Assembly (NCBI GenBank): GCA_934133015.1 | Contig: CAKPAQ010000001.1 | Coordinates: 1 to 42,043, forward strand | Reading direction: 5' to 3' | Source: an uncultured Bacilli bacterium | Lineage (GTDB): Bacteria; Bacillota_I; Bacilli_A; RF39; UBA660 | Length of the DNA stretch: 42,043 bases | Shown here: one piece after another, positions 9,467 through 19,773 of the stretch | How the letters are laid out: each line of letters opens with the position of its first letter | How positions within the stretch are numbered: position 1 is the stretch's first letter | Made by a program: the position numbers and the translations under genes | The notes under the pieces: generated by a model | The model's database searches: none | What the model saw: the letters and a program-made list of their open reading frames with translations, nothing else | What the model was told of the DNA's origin: nothing

Positions 9467-10186
9467 TTACTCCCCATCACACATAATTACTTTTGTATGA
9501 GCAAGGTAATCTTGTATACCACGCCCATCTTTTTTATACATCATCATAAATGCAGATACAATCACTAAAACAGATTGAATACCTTGTAATATATAACTTG
9601 TATAGAAATAGATTTCTTTACCTGTAAATAATACCAATCCAATTAGCACAATATTTATAAGTAAAGAATTAACAATTATTGAACGCATAATATAATTATT
9701 AACATTTAACTCATCACCATTATTTGAAACAACTTTTATATGCATCAATTTCTTACCAATAGTTTGACCTTTATTATAACATTGAAATACTACATAATAC
9801 AAAATAATTACTACTACCTCAACAATCATAGTTAAAACATTACTACGATCTAAATCAGGAACTATTTCTACAGATTTGTTAATAAACTCAGTACTAGATA
9901 TTTCACCAGCTTTAAAATCTGTCTGAACCTTTTTATATTCTTCTAGATATTTAGAATAATTACCAGATTGAGGTACCACTAACATAATCAAAGTTAATAC
10001 AATAGAAACAAGTAAAGCATCTACTATATACGCAATAAGTCTTGGAAAGAAAAATGCTTTTTGTGTATTATTACCTTCCTCATATATTACTTCATCTACT
10101 TTTTTATCTTTGACTTGTTCTGAATTTTTTTCTTCAAATTCAGCCTCTATTACTTTCTTTTTTTCTTTAGTTGACATTATAATCAT
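9467..10186 (-). CDS. RDD-family membrane protein
   Basis: 239 aa. Charged N-terminus, then the RDD-type pattern (PRLIAYIVDALLV..., GQTIGKKLMHIKVV) with 3-4 TM segments. The start may be ATG 10177 (MSTKEKK). Confidence 0.65.
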   Translation of the reverse strand: MIIMSTKEKKKVIEAEFEEKNSEQVKDKKVDEVIYEEGNNTQKAFFFPRLIAYIVDALLVSIVLTLIMLVVPQSGNYSKYLEEYKKVQTDFKAGEISSTEFINKSVEIVPDLDRSNVLTMIVEVVVIILYYVVFQCYNKGQTIGKKLMHIKVVSNNGDELNVNNYIMRSIIVNSLLINIVLIGLVLFTGKEIYFYTSYILQGIQSVLVIVSAFMMMYKKDGRGIQDYLAHTKVIMCDGE

Positions 10187-11168
10187 CTCTTTCTATATAA
10201 TTTTTATATTCAACCAATATTTCAATTATATCAGATATTTTGTTACATAGAAATATTTTGTTTTTAATTTCATTAGATTTTGGTAAACCTTTTAAGTACC
10301 AAGCAATATGACTTCTTATTTCAAGAACAGCTAATTTTTCACATTTTAACTCATTTAAATTGTTTAAATGTTCCAAACACATATCTATTCTTTCAGTCAT
10401 TGTTGGATTAGGTAAAACTGTACCATCATCAAGATAAGCATTTATTTGTTTAATCAACCAAGGATTTCCTAAAATACCTCTACCTATCATTATCGCATCA
10501 CAACCCGTTTCATCTATCATTCTTTTAGCATCATAAATATTAAGAATATCACCATTTCCAATTACTGGAATACTAACTACCTCTTTCACAGCTTTAATGA
10601 TTGACCAATCAGCTTTTCCAGAATAACCTTGAGACCTAGTTCTAGGATGAACACAAATAGCGCTAGCCCCTGCTTCTTCACAAATTTTAGCTACTTCAAC
10701 GGCATTAATATGCTCACTATCCCAACCACTTCTTATTTTAACAGTTACCGGAATAGGAACAGCATTAACGACACTAGAAACAATTTCTTTAATTTTAGCA
10801 GGATTTTTAAGTAATGCACTACCAGCTTGACTACGTATAGCTACCTTAGGTACAGGACAACCCATATTTATATCTATAATATCAGGTTCCATATTTTCAT
10901 ATATATATTTAGCCGCTTCAACAAAAGATTCCTTATCACTACCAAATATTTGTTGCGTAATAGGTCTTTCACTATCTTCCATATAAAGCATATCTAGTGT
11001 TTTCTTATTATTATAAAAAATTGCTTTATCACTAACCATTTCAGCATAAATTAAGCCACAGCCCATCTTTTTAATAATTTTTCTAAAACTAGAATTCCCA
11101 ATACCTGCCATTGGTGCTAGCACTGTTCTATTTTGGATTTCAACATTACCAATTTTCCACATAAACAT
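10167..11168 (-). CDS. dusB: tRNA-dihydrouridine synthase
   Basis: 333 aa. Dus family motifs (LAPMAGIGNSSFR, DINMGCP, VTVKIR, HPRT). dusB lies upstream of lysS as in Bacillus. Confidence 0.88.
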   Translation of the reverse strand: MFMWKIGNVEIQNRTVLAPMAGIGNSSFRKIIKKMGCGLIYAEMVSDKAIFYNNKKTLDMLYMEDSERPITQQIFGSDKESFVEAAKYIYENMEPDIIDINMGCPVPKVAIRSQAGSALLKNPAKIKEIVSSVVNAVPIPVTVKIRSGWDSEHINAVEVAKICEEAGASAICVHPRTRSQGYSGKADWSIIKAVKEVVSIPVIGNGDILNIYDAKRMIDETGCDAIMIGRGILGNPWLIKQINAYLDDGTVLPNPTMTERIDMCLEHLNNLNELKCEKLAVLEIRSHIAWYLKGLPKSNEIKNKIFLCNKISDIIEILVEYKNYIERDDYNVN

Positions 11169-11201
11169 CCCTCAAATTACTAAAGATAATATCACAAAAT
11201 T

Positions 11202-11230
11202 AAAAAAAAAGATAGAACTAATTATCTATC
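11202..11230 (-). terminator. Probable intrinsic terminator after the 505-aa membrane protein gene
   Basis: GATAGA (11211-11216) pairs with TCTATC (11225-11230) around the stop codon. A 9-nt U run follows on the minus strand (A run 11202-11210). Confidence 0.5.
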
Positions 11231-12735
11231 CTCTTAAAAACTATATACTCATATCTATCTCCACTAGTTACTTCTAATTTATGATCTTTAACTTTTTCTT
11301 TAGCAGTATACATTATTTCATAATCACTATCATGTAGTAATAATTGATATAAAATATCTGTTTTCTTAACTAATAAGTGGGTAAAATTATATTTATTTAA
11401 AAAATCTTTATAATATAATCCACCATTTTGTAACACATATAATTCAATTAAAACATCATCACTTTTATTGTTTGCTTTCAAAAATATTTCCGCCCTACTA
11501 TCAATATATACTTTTATTCCCAAATATTCAGCGTAATTACATTCACCATAGTTACAATAAAGCCTTACTTTATTAATATCTTCCTTATTATATATTTCAA
11601 CGATACCATCAGATACAGATGACTTTATAATTAAAAAATTAGGATTTAAATTAACGAAAATTAAAAAGAAAGCTAAAATAATTATCATAACAACAAAATA
11701 TATAAAATATTTTTTATCTTTTACTTCTTTGATTTGATAAAACTTATCATTAAGATAAAAACCAAGTGGATAGATTCCAGCTACTGCAAAAAAAGCAATC
11801 CCGCGATATGAAGAAATAGCTAAATAAGTAGTACCGATTAACAAAAGAAAATGTCTTAAACTTATTTTTTTACTATTAAATAGTAAATAAAACAAATAAG
11901 TTCCAAAAACAATCAAAAACGTACTAAGTCCCCTTATAGTATGAACATCAGGAACCATCATCTCTGTAACAAAATTATTTATAACATCTACCCCATAAGA
12001 AGTAAATAAATAAGTAATAGCCTTTACTCCATATGGATTTATAAAACCACATATAAACATAATAAAAGTAATTAATAAAAGTCTTTTAAAACTATTAATG
12101 TCCTTATAAGAGACAATAGAACCAAAACTAAAACTAAAATTATCTAATATAAAAGGAACAATAAAACAAAACAGTAATAACCACATTGAGGCATGGCAAT
12201 TTATCATTAATATTGATAATAATGGTAAAAAATATAGTATTTTAAGATCATTTTTTATTTTATATCTTTCTAAAATATAAAGCTCTGTCATTAAAATAGA
12301 TAGTGAAAACATTTGCGGTCTAGCCACCACAAATGAAAAAGAAATAATTATACTTATTATAAAAGTAATCAATACTGCAATATTTCTTTTATCTTTAGTA
12401 ACTATCATTAATAATTTATAGGTAATAAAAATCAAATAAATATTCAAAATATTAGCTATTATATATGGACCAATTTTGCCAACTATATTATAACTTAAGT
12501 AAAACAAGACATCAGGTATCCATTGTTGAATCACCAAAGAAAAATTACTATGTATTGTAAAAATATCAGTAGTAATAAAACCCTTTTGTAAAATAGTTCT
12601 TCCTGTATTCATTAAAAACCATATATCATTATCAAAAGCTGATGATGTCAAAAATCCAAACAAGATAGGAATTAATAAAAAAGATAATGATTCCCACTTT
12701 GAAGGATGATAATTTAATATTTTTTTCATAACCAA
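11218..12735 (-). CDS. Uncharacterised polytopic membrane protein with C-terminal soluble domain (possibly a GT-C-like glycosyltransferase or polymerase; weak)
   Basis: 505 aa. About 11-12 predicted TM helices, an acidic first loop (AFDNDIWFLMNTGR), and a ~130-aa hydrophilic C-terminal domain. I recognise no family signature with confidence. Confidence 0.55.
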   Translation of the reverse strand: MVMKKILNYHPSKWESLSFLLIPILFGFLTSSAFDNDIWFLMNTGRTILQKGFITTDIFTIHSNFSLVIQQWIPDVLFYLSYNIVGKIGPYIIANILNIYLIFITYKLLMIVTKDKRNIAVLITFIISIIISFSFVVARPQMFSLSILMTELYILERYKIKNDLKILYFLPLLSILMINCHASMWLLLFCFIVPFILDNFSFSFGSIVSYKDINSFKRLLLITFIMFICGFINPYGVKAITYLFTSYGVDVINNFVTEMMVPDVHTIRGLSTFLIVFGTYLFYLLFNSKKISLRHFLLLIGTTYLAISSYRGIAFFAVAGIYPLGFYLNDKFYQIKEVKDKKYFIYFVVMIIILAFFLIFVNLNPNFLIIKSSVSDGIVEIYNKEDINKVRLYCNYGECNYAEYLGIKVYIDSRAEIFLKANNKSDDVLIELYVLQNGGLYYKDFLNKYNFTHLLVKKTDILYQLLLHDSDYEIMYTAKEKVKDHKLEVTSGDRYEYIVFKRIDN

Positions 12736-12792
12736 TCACCAAGGAAATAGTAACAAAACCATCAATAAAAATCAATAACTTTTATAAATACT

Positions 12793-12819
12793 AAAAAAGA
12801 AAGCTAAAAACTAGCTTTC
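12793..12819 (-). terminator. Intrinsic terminator after the 168-aa ORF
   Basis: GAAAGCTA (12799-12806) pairs with TAGCTTTC (12812-12819), loop AAAAC. A U run follows on the minus strand (A run 12793-12798). Confidence 0.7.
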
Positions 12820-13317
12820 CAATTTTGCTTTCTTATAAATATACTGTTTTTCTTCTGTATCAATAATTGATGGACAATCAAGTATATAATAATTTTTAAT
12901 TCGTTTAAATTGTGAAACAAACTCATCAGTTTCAGTAACTCTAGTAATAGGTGAAAAGGAAGTAGGCAAATAATCTCTAAGCATTAATTTAGAAATATTT
13001 TTAACTTTTCTCTGAGATAACTCTTTACTAGGATGATATCCCATAGCATATAAATAAAGAGAAATATTACAATATGGAATTATTACAAAATCTTTATCAT
13101 TAACATTACTATAACTATCCTCAGTTTTTAAATCAACAATTGGATAATCAATATCCATTGAGTTTATTTTATTAGCAGCATCAGTTCCAATATTAACTGT
13201 ATCAGTACCATCAGTAGAATAAAGAATTCTTCTAACTGGAACATATCCAGGAGTTAAACTATATTGATCTTTTAATAATTTAACAACCCATCCAAGATTT
13301 AAATTTTCTATTGTCAT
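12811..13317 (-). CDS. Hypothetical soluble protein (168 aa), no recognised family
   Basis: ORF starts 10 nt downstream of the ftsH stop and has its own terminator. No TM segment and no motif I can name. Confidence 0.55.
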   Translation of the reverse strand: MTIENLNLGWVVKLLKDQYSLTPGYVPVRRILYSTDGTDTVNIGTDAANKINSMDIDYPIVDLKTEDSYSNVNDKDFVIIPYCNISLYLYAMGYHPSKELSQRKVKNISKLMLRDYLPTSFSPITRVTETDEFVSQFKRIKNYYILDCPSIIDTEEKQYIYKKAKLES

Positions 13318-13326
13318 AAATACCTC

Positions 13327-15285
13327 TTATTTATCGCTTTCTTCAATTGCCTTTTCTAATTCTTCTTTATTCATTTTAGAAATACCTTTAATACCTTTTT
13401 CTTTAGCTATAGTTTTTAATTCAGCTACTGTTTTATCTAACTTTTCATCATCCGGCATGTGACCTGTTTCTACTAAAGAATCAATTTGTTCCTTAGTAAT
13501 AGTCTCATATTCTAATAAAGCATCCGCAATTAATTTAACTAAGTTTCTATTTTCTAATAATAAACTTTTAGCTTGTTTGTAACATTCATCAATAATTTTA
13601 CGAACTTCTTTATCTATTTCATGCGCTATTTCATTAGAGAAGTTTTTACTCTTATTATAATCTCTACCTAAGAAAACGCCACCTTCTTGTTGTTCTAATT
13701 GAACTGGTCCTAAATCACTCATACCATATTCAGTAACCATAGCACGAGCAATTTTTGTAGCTTTCTCAAAATCATTATGAGCTCCAGTTGTTACCTCTTT
13801 AAACTCAATTTCTTCTGAGACACGTCCACCAAGTAATCCCGTAATTCTTTCTAACAATTCACTCTTAGTAGCCAAGTAAGTTTCTTCTTTTGGCATCATA
13901 AGTGTATAACCACCTGCTTGCCCACGAGGAATAATAGTAATCTTTTGAACATCATCAGCATTTGGTAATTTAATACCAAGTACTGCATGACCAGCCTCAT
14001 GATAAGCAACTACTCTACGTTCATGCTCAGTATATTTTCTAGATAACTTGGCTGGACCACCAATAACACGGTCAGTAGCTTCATCTATTTCACTCATAGT
14101 AATTGCATCTTTATTTCTTCTAACAGCTAAAAGTGCAGCTTCATTTAATAAATTTTCCAAAGCAGCTCCACTAAATCCTGGTGTTCTTTTAGCTAAATAT
14201 TCAAGTTTTACACTTGGAGCCAATACTTTATTTCTAGCATGAACTTTTAAAATATCTTCACGTTCACGTACATCTGGTAAATCAACTGTAACTTGTCTAT
14301 CAAAACGACCTGGTCTTAAAAGTGCTGGGTCTAAAACATCAGCACGGTTAGTAGCGGCCATAATAATAATACCTTCATTAACTCCAAAACCATCCATTTC
14401 AGTAAGTAATTGGTTCAATGTTTGTTCACGTTCATCATGTCCACCACCAAGTCCAGTCCCACGTTGTCTACCTACTGCATCTATTTCATCAATAAATATT
14501 AAACATGGTGCGTTATGTTTAGCTTGTTTAAACATATCTCTAACACGACTAGCTCCAACACCAACAAATAATTCTACAAAGTCAGAACCACTTATAAAAT
14601 AAAATGGAACATTTGCCTCTCCTGCAACAGCTTTAGCAAGTAATGTTTTACCAGTACCAGGAGGACCAACTAATAATACTCCTTTAGGAATTCTCGCACC
14701 TAATTTAGTAAACTTCTTAGGATTTTTCAAGAAATCAATTAACTCACTAACTTCTTCTTTTTCTTCCTTTAAACCAGCAACATCTTTAAATGTAACTTTG
14801 TTTGTATCATTACTTAATCTAGCTCTACTCTTACCAAAATCCATAGATTTATTAGCGCCACCAATTTGTCTAGTTAAAAAGAAGAATCCTAATCCAACTA
14901 ACAAAATAATTGGTACAACATTTACTAATATTAAAAGTAAAGTACTTGATTCAGGATCTGCATTAGTAGTAATTTTAAAGTTATTACTTTCCTCTGCCGC
15001 AAAAATAGTTTTAATTACTTCATCACTAAGTGGAACACGAGAAGTAAAAGTCTCATTTTCTTTATATCCTTCTAATTTACCACTTATTTCATATACAACA
15101 GCTCTTTCTTTAGGAGTAATAGATAATTCAGTTACTTTACCACTGTTAACTGCATCTACCAACTGATCATATGTAAATACATTAACATTTTGATTTAATA
15201 CCCCAAATAAATAATAAATTCCAAACACAAATAATATTAAAAATAAATATGGTAATAATCCTCTTTTTATGTTATTTTTTCTCAT
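13327..15285 (-). CDS. ftsH: ATP-dependent zinc metalloprotease FtsH
   Basis: 652 aa. Two N-terminal TM helices, Walker [15 protein letters not shown], zinc site HEAGHA. The C-terminal tail is Rho_N/HeH-like (see findings). Confidence 0.97.
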   Translation of the reverse strand: MRKNNIKRGLLPYLFLILFVFGIYYLFGVLNQNVNVFTYDQLVDAVNSGKVTELSITPKERAVVYEISGKLEGYKENETFTSRVPLSDEVIKTIFAAEESNNFKITTNADPESSTLLLILVNVVPIILLVGLGFFFLTRQIGGANKSMDFGKSRARLSNDTNKVTFKDVAGLKEEKEEVSELIDFLKNPKKFTKLGARIPKGVLLVGPPGTGKTLLAKAVAGEANVPFYFISGSDFVELFVGVGASRVRDMFKQAKHNAPCLIFIDEIDAVGRQRGTGLGGGHDEREQTLNQLLTEMDGFGVNEGIIIMAATNRADVLDPALLRPGRFDRQVTVDLPDVREREDILKVHARNKVLAPSVKLEYLAKRTPGFSGAALENLLNEAALLAVRRNKDAITMSEIDEATDRVIGGPAKLSRKYTEHERRVVAYHEAGHAVLGIKLPNADDVQKITIIPRGQAGGYTLMMPKEETYLATKSELLERITGLLGGRVSEEIEFKEVTTGAHNDFEKATKIARAMVTEYGMSDLGPVQLEQQEGGVFLGRDYNKSKNFSNEIAHEIDKEVRKIIDECYKQAKSLLLENRNLVKLIADALLEYETITKEQIDSLVETGHMPDDEKLDKTVAELKTIAKEKGIKGISKMNKEELEKAIEESDK

Positions 15286-15299
15286 AAAAATTGCCTCCT

Positions 15300-16625
15300 T
15301 TAATAATATCTATATATTATATCACATTTTTCATTTTTTTGTTTATTAAATTTACTCTTCTTAAGCCCTGGAATCCAAACTACTTGATCATTAGAATCAA
15401 CTACTATTGGCCATAATTCTCTTTCCTTCATAGGAATTTTCATATCAATAAAGATATCCTTTACTTTTTTATGACCATTAGTACCCTTTAAAAAAATCTT
15501 ATCACCATATTTTCTTGTTCTAACATATAAAGGTAAGGAAACATCTTCACTTGATAACCTACATATATCATTACCATTAGAATCACACGAACTAAGCTTT
15601 TCTATTCTTTTACCATTTGGCAAATGAGCATAATCAATTAATTCTATTTCATAATTATTAACTTCTTTAGATTCATCTTTAATATATAAAGTATTATATG
15701 CTTTAGTTATTCTAATATTATTAGGTAAGTATATATATGTATTCTTTTTTCTAGAACCAATTAGATTTTCTATTAAATGAACATGATTATCATTAACAAG
15801 CATTAAGTCATCATTATAAATATCTTCTAACATTAAATAAAGTATTTTTTCTCTAATAATATCATCCTGTTCCAAATACAAATCAATATCAATTTTACCA
15901 TCACAGTAAACTTTATTGAATATTTTTTTTACTTGTTTATTGATAAAATCATCATATTTTTCTAAAGTCTTACTAAACTTAAGGAATTTTTCATGTACAT
16001 CAACTTGTTCACTTTTAAGAAATGGAAGAACTGTCATTCTATAACGATTTCTAGTATACTTATCTTTAAAGTTAGATTGATCAACAACATAAGGTATATT
16101 ATTTTTCTTATCAAATTCTTCTATTTCTGCTTTTGTAAGATAAATAAGTGGTCTAACTAATTTATAACCATCCATATCAACAATTTGACTAAAACCACTA
16201 TAACCTCTCAATGTTGAACCACGTACTATTCTCATTAAAATAGTTTCCATTAAATCATCACCATGATGAGCAGTCATTAAATAATTTGCGTTGTACTTAC
16301 GAACCATTGATTCAAAGTAATTATATCTAATTGTACGAGCTTCATTATGACAGTTATCATCACTATATTTTTCAATAATCATACTTTCAAACATTATATT
16401 ATGCTCTTTACAATAACTTTCCAAAAACTCTTTTTCTTGTTTACTAACTTTTCTAACATTATGATTAACATGACAACAAACTAAATACAATTTTTTATTC
16501 TTACGAATTTTTTCCAATATATACAATAATGCCATAGAATCAGGTCCACCTGATACTCCTACAATAATAACATCATCATCTTTTAATTTAAGTTCATTAT
16601 TCAAAAAATTATAAACTCTTTTCAT
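15300..16625 (-). CDS. tilS: tRNA(Ile)-lysidine synthase
   Basis: PP-loop SGGPDS (VGVSGGPDSMAL) and TilS C-terminal domain. ATG 16625 (MKRVYNF) follows GAAGGTGAA. The longest ORF starts at 16643. Confidence 0.9.
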   Translation of the reverse strand: MKRVYNFLNNELKLKDDDVIIVGVSGGPDSMALLYILEKIRKNKKLYLVCCHVNHNVRKVSKQEKEFLESYCKEHNIMFESMIIEKYSDDNCHNEARTIRYNYFESMVRKYNANYLMTAHHGDDLMETILMRIVRGSTLRGYSGFSQIVDMDGYKLVRPLIYLTKAEIEEFDKKNNIPYVVDQSNFKDKYTRNRYRMTVLPFLKSEQVDVHEKFLKFSKTLEKYDDFINKQVKKIFNKVYCDGKIDIDLYLEQDDIIREKILYLMLEDIYNDDLMLVNDNHVHLIENLIGSRKKNTYIYLPNNIRITKAYNTLYIKDESKEVNNYEIELIDYAHLPNGKRIEKLSSCDSNGNDICRLSSEDVSLPLYVRTRKYGDKIFLKGTNGHKKVKDIFIDMKIPMKERELWPIVVDSNDQVVWIPGLKKSKFNKQKNEKCDIIYRYY

Positions 16626-16748
16626 AGATTCACCTTCAAACATCTAGTATTTTAACACATAACAAAGAATAAAAATTCATTTTTTTAATATTTTGAATTT
16701 TTATAATCATTTTTATTCAAAGTACTACGTCACAAAAATACATAAACT

Positions 16749-16780
16749 AAAAAAAAGAAACACAAGTCTATTGTATTTCT
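16749..16780 (-). terminator. Probable intrinsic terminator after divIC
   Basis: AGAAACACA (16756-16764) pairs with TGTATTTCT (16772-16780) with one mismatch. A U8 run follows on the minus strand. Confidence 0.5.
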
Positions 16781-16789
16781 AAAATCCAA

Positions 16790-17086
16790 CTATTCATCAT
16801 CTGGTAGGCGAATTATTAATTCGCCATCCTTAGAATACATATATTTTTCCCTAGCATATCTTGCCACATAATCAGGATCTTCAAGTTTATTAGCATCTAT
16901 TTTAAGTTCTGCTTCCTTTTCCCTTAAAGTAAGTATTTCTTCTTGTAATTGATTTTTTTCATTATATTTTTCAGATATTTTAATCCAGTAATTACCAACA
17001 GCAGTAAACACGGTAAAAATGGCTACAAGACATATTGGTACAAATAAACATAAACGTTTACGAGATTTTCTTTGTTTCCTTGCCAT
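16790..17086 (-). CDS. divIC: Septum formation initiator (FtsB/DivIC family)
   Basis: 98 aa. Basic N-terminus, one TM, coiled coil, conserved C-terminal DPDYVARYAREKYMYSKDGELI. Follows yabP-yabQ as in Bacillus. Confidence 0.78.
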   Translation of the reverse strand: MARKQRKSRKRLCLFVPICLVAIFTVFTAVGNYWIKISEKYNEKNQLQEEILTLREKEAELKIDANKLEDPDYVARYAREKYMYSKDGELIIRLPDDE

Positions 17087-17143
17087 CTAACCATCTCCCA
17101 ACTACATTATAGAAATAATATCTAAAAACTTCAAGTAATAATT

Positions 17144-17449
17144 TTAAGTATTTTTGTCATTTACATTATTATGTAAATTAATATATATTTTCTTACTAAA
17201 AATATTACCTATTAAATAGCCAATTATAGCCATAAATATAAAATATATATGAATATTAGCCTGATTTATCAATTTCATAGAAAGAAAATATAACATAAAT
17301 GTAATAAAGTTAAACATAAAATTAGTAATAGTTCTTTTAACAATACCACCAAAAAAAAGAATTTTATAAAGTACGTTAATTAAATAAGCATATAAAAATC
17401 CAAAAACAAAAGAAGTAATAATACTTTGTATTTGTACTTCCAAACTCAT
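17144..17449 (-). CDS. yabQ: Spore cortex biosynthesis membrane protein YabQ-like
   Basis: 101 aa with 3 TM segments. Its start overlaps the yabP stop. The call rests mainly on conserved position and architecture. Confidence 0.55.
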   Translation of the reverse strand: MSLEVQIQSIITSFVFGFLYAYLINVLYKILFFGGIVKRTITNFMFNFITFMLYFLSMKLINQANIHIYFIFMAIIGYLIGNIFSKKIYINLHNNVNDKNT

Positions 17450-17739
17450 TATTTAAAAAGCCTACCTATAATACTAGATTCTTTATCTTTTTTTGTAGTA
17501 TCATCAACATAGGCAAATGACTTAATAAACCCCTTAATAGAAACATTACCCTGTAATGTATCAAGTTTTAATAATTCTAATTCATCACCTTTTATTACTA
17601 AAAAACCCATAACAGTTTCCATAAGAAATTCTTCATTATCAAAACTTTCTATTTTTTTAACTCCAGTAACTAATATATTCTTTCTTTCAACAATATTTAT
17701 ACTATGATTATAATTACTAATAGTTGTATCCTTGTCCAT
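17449..17739 (-). CDS. yabP: Sporulation protein YabP
   Basis: VTGVKKIESFDNEEFLMETVMGFLVIKG...GRLFK aligns closely to B. subtilis YabP. GGAGG at 17746-17750 favours ATG 17739 (MDKDTT) over the longest-ORF start 17811. Confidence 0.85.
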   Translation of the reverse strand: MDKDTTISNYNHSINIVERKNILVTGVKKIESFDNEEFLMETVMGFLVIKGDELELLKLDTLQGNVSIKGFIKSFAYVDDTTKKDKESSIIGRLFK

Positions 17740-17830
17740 ATTCATCCTCCTATTAGATAATATGATGAATAAACAAATATATAACAAAAACTTATTTAAT
17801 AATTCCAACAAATATTTTTATTCTATGATT

Positions 17831-18265
17831 TTATTTTAAAATCTTTAAGTACCCATTAATCTGTTCATAATTTAAACTTTTATAAAATTCATTGGCAGCA
17901 ACATTATTTTCATCAGCTAATAAACACATAAATTCACAATTCATTTTTCTAGCCATATTTTCAATATATTCAAATAATCTTGTTCCTATTTTTAATCTTC
18001 TATATTCCTTTTTAATGCGTATACTCCAAATTGTAATAAAAGGATTATTTTCTTCAAAAATATCATGATGAATAATAACTTCAGCAAAGCCAACAATAAT
18101 ACCATTAAATTTAACTACAATCATTTGATAGTCAGGATTATCTTTAATTTTACTAAAAGTCTGTAACATTTTATTTCTATTAGTATTAACAGGTCTTTCT
18201 GCATCATATAACTGTGCAACTGCTTCTAAATCATCTTCTTTTAATTTATCAAATATTAATTCCAT
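17831..18265 (-). CDS. GNAT-family N-acetyltransferase
   Basis: 144 aa. Acetyl-CoA binding motif A-like RRLKIGTRLFEYIENMA and typical GNAT length. Confidence 0.75.
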   Translation of the reverse strand: MELIFDKLKEDDLEAVAQLYDAERPVNTNRNKMLQTFSKIKDNPDYQMIVVKFNGIIVGFAEVIIHHDIFEENNPFITIWSIRIKKEYRRLKIGTRLFEYIENMARKMNCEFMCLLADENNVAANEFYKSLNYEQINGYLKILK

Positions 18266-18299
18266 AATCTCACCTATAATTAATTTTATTCACGTATAA

Positions 18300-18321
18300 G
18301 AAAAAGCCCACATAGTGGACT
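18300..18321 (-). terminator. Intrinsic terminator after spoVG
   Basis: The minus-strand RNA AGUCCAC-UAU-GUGGGCU (18305-18321) is followed by U5. Confidence 0.55.
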
Positions 18322-18333
18322 TGGTACTACTAA

Positions 18334-18615
18334 TTATTCTTCAGTATCTTCTACTGGATCTTCTGCTTCTTCGTAAGCTTTAAGAATTGCTTCTTCAAAC
18401 ATAGCACGTACTTCTGAATTGATAGGATGAGCTATATCTCTATATCCTCCATTTGGAGTTTTTTTACTAGGCATAGCAATAAATAATCCTTTTTCACCTT
18501 CAATAATACGTATATCATGAATAGCGAAACTATCGTCAAGTAATACAGAAGCGATTCCTTTCATTCTAGAACTTTCTTTTTCAATCTTACGAACATTTAC
18601 AGATGTAATCTTCAT
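18334..18615 (-). CDS. spoVG: Septation/regulatory protein SpoVG
   Basis: MKITSVNVRKI...MKGIASVLLDDSFAIHDIRIIEGEKGLFIAMPSKKTPNGGYRDIAHPIN is the canonical SpoVG sequence pattern. Confidence 0.95.
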   Translation of the reverse strand: MKITSVNVRKIEKESSRMKGIASVLLDDSFAIHDIRIIEGEKGLFIAMPSKKTPNGGYRDIAHPINSEVRAMFEEAILKAYEEAEDPVEDTEE

Positions 18616-18737
18616 ATGTCATATCCTCCTTCTAAAGTCTCCAACTTTATACTTCAATAATATAACATATTTAGAAAAAAATCAATAAAAACCATATATT
18701 ATGATAACTTTTTGACAACTTTTTATTGACTATTTAA

Positions 18738-18956
18738 CTACCTATTAATGACAATTAATTTTTTAATAAGAATATCACTATAACTAAATGACTTTAAAAA
18801 GTTTTTTTCTTCTACCATAATTGTAAAAATAGAATCATAAGTTTCGATTATTTTACCAGAGAATTCTTCTATTTGATTTCTACTACCATTAAACCTAAAA
18901 TTTAGAGTTTTTCCCTTATAGTTGGATATCCTATTTTTTAGCATTTCTATATTCAT
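18738..18956 (-). CDS. veg: Veg protein (biofilm/sporulation-associated small DNA-binding protein)
   Basis: IEMLKNRISNYKGKTLNFRFNGSRNQIEEFSGKIIETYDSIFTI...SFSYSDIL aligns to B. subtilis Veg. ATG 18956 overlaps the yabG TGA stop (ATGA). The longest ORF starts at 18980. Confidence 0.78.
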   Translation of the reverse strand: MNIEMLKNRISNYKGKTLNFRFNGSRNQIEEFSGKIIETYDSIFTIMVEEKNFLKSFSYSDILIKKLIVINR

Positions 18957-19741
18957 CTTGGATACCCCACAAACATACATCCCTTAGTAGCAATACCTCC
19001 TATGCCTTCAGGACCATATTTTGTCTTGGATAATAACTCTATTAAATCAACTGTTTTATTTCTATCATATAAGGCCACACTAGAAGCAATTATAGCAGGA
19101 TCAAGTGCATGAATATTTATTCTCTTAGGACTAGAAGCATAAGTAGCCCCAGCCTTTATAAGTTCCTCATAATTACTTTGACAAGCTCCAGCTATTATTA
19201 TTAACTTATCCTGGTCTTTTTCATAACCACGAGCAGCTTCAACCGCATCAATAAAATTAATAGTATTTTTATAACTGCCAACATCATCTATACTGCCTTT
19301 TCTTTTATAATAAGCATCATGACCAGTAATTACTAAAACATCCGGTCTTAGTTTTTTCAAATAAGATACTATTTCATTTTTAACATTATCCTCTGTTAAA
19401 CATAAACCATATGCCATTATATTTAATTTCTTATATAATTTCATACATCTTCTTAAATAATCTTCGTCAGCATCAATATGCAAAACCTTACCTGGCATAT
19501 AAAAATATTCACTTCTATCTAAACTTATTTCCTTATCTATCTTTTCTAATAACCCTCTATCATCTTCTAATTCAGATAAATTACGATTTATTTTAGTTAA
19601 ATCATCTAAGTTACTATCAGCTAATAATCTAACATTTATTCCTTTTAAATAAGCTACATCACCAACTATATCAATTATTTTGAAAATCATATCATTATCA
19701 TACGATTTTCTAGACACAATATCGCCAATATTAAAAAGCAT
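18953..19741 (-). CDS. yabG: Sporulation-specific protease YabG (peptidase U57)
   Basis: MLFNIGDIVSRKSY... and VLVITGHDAY match YabG. GGGTGA at 19746-19751 favours ATG 19741. The order rsmA-yabG-veg matches Bacillus. Confidence 0.78.
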   Translation of the reverse strand: MLFNIGDIVSRKSYDNDMIFKIIDIVGDVAYLKGINVRLLADSNLDDLTKINRNLSELEDDRGLLEKIDKEISLDRSEYFYMPGKVLHIDADEDYLRRCMKLYKKLNIMAYGLCLTEDNVKNEIVSYLKKLRPDVLVITGHDAYYKRKGSIDDVGSYKNTINFIDAVEAARGYEKDQDKLIIIAGACQSNYEELIKAGATYASSPKRINIHALDPAIIASSVALYDRNKTVDLIELLSKTKYGPEGIGGIATKGCMFVGYPR

Positions 19742-19773
19742 ATTATCACCCATCTAATAATATGCTTTTAGTA

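Noticed and set aside
18953-18956. Mollicute-type genetic code (TGA = Trp), considered because of the extreme A/T content
   Set aside because: TGA works as a genuine stop: the yabG TGA overlaps the veg ATG. Conserved proteins come out full length under the standard code with Trp encoded by TGG. Sporulation genes also argue against a mollicute.
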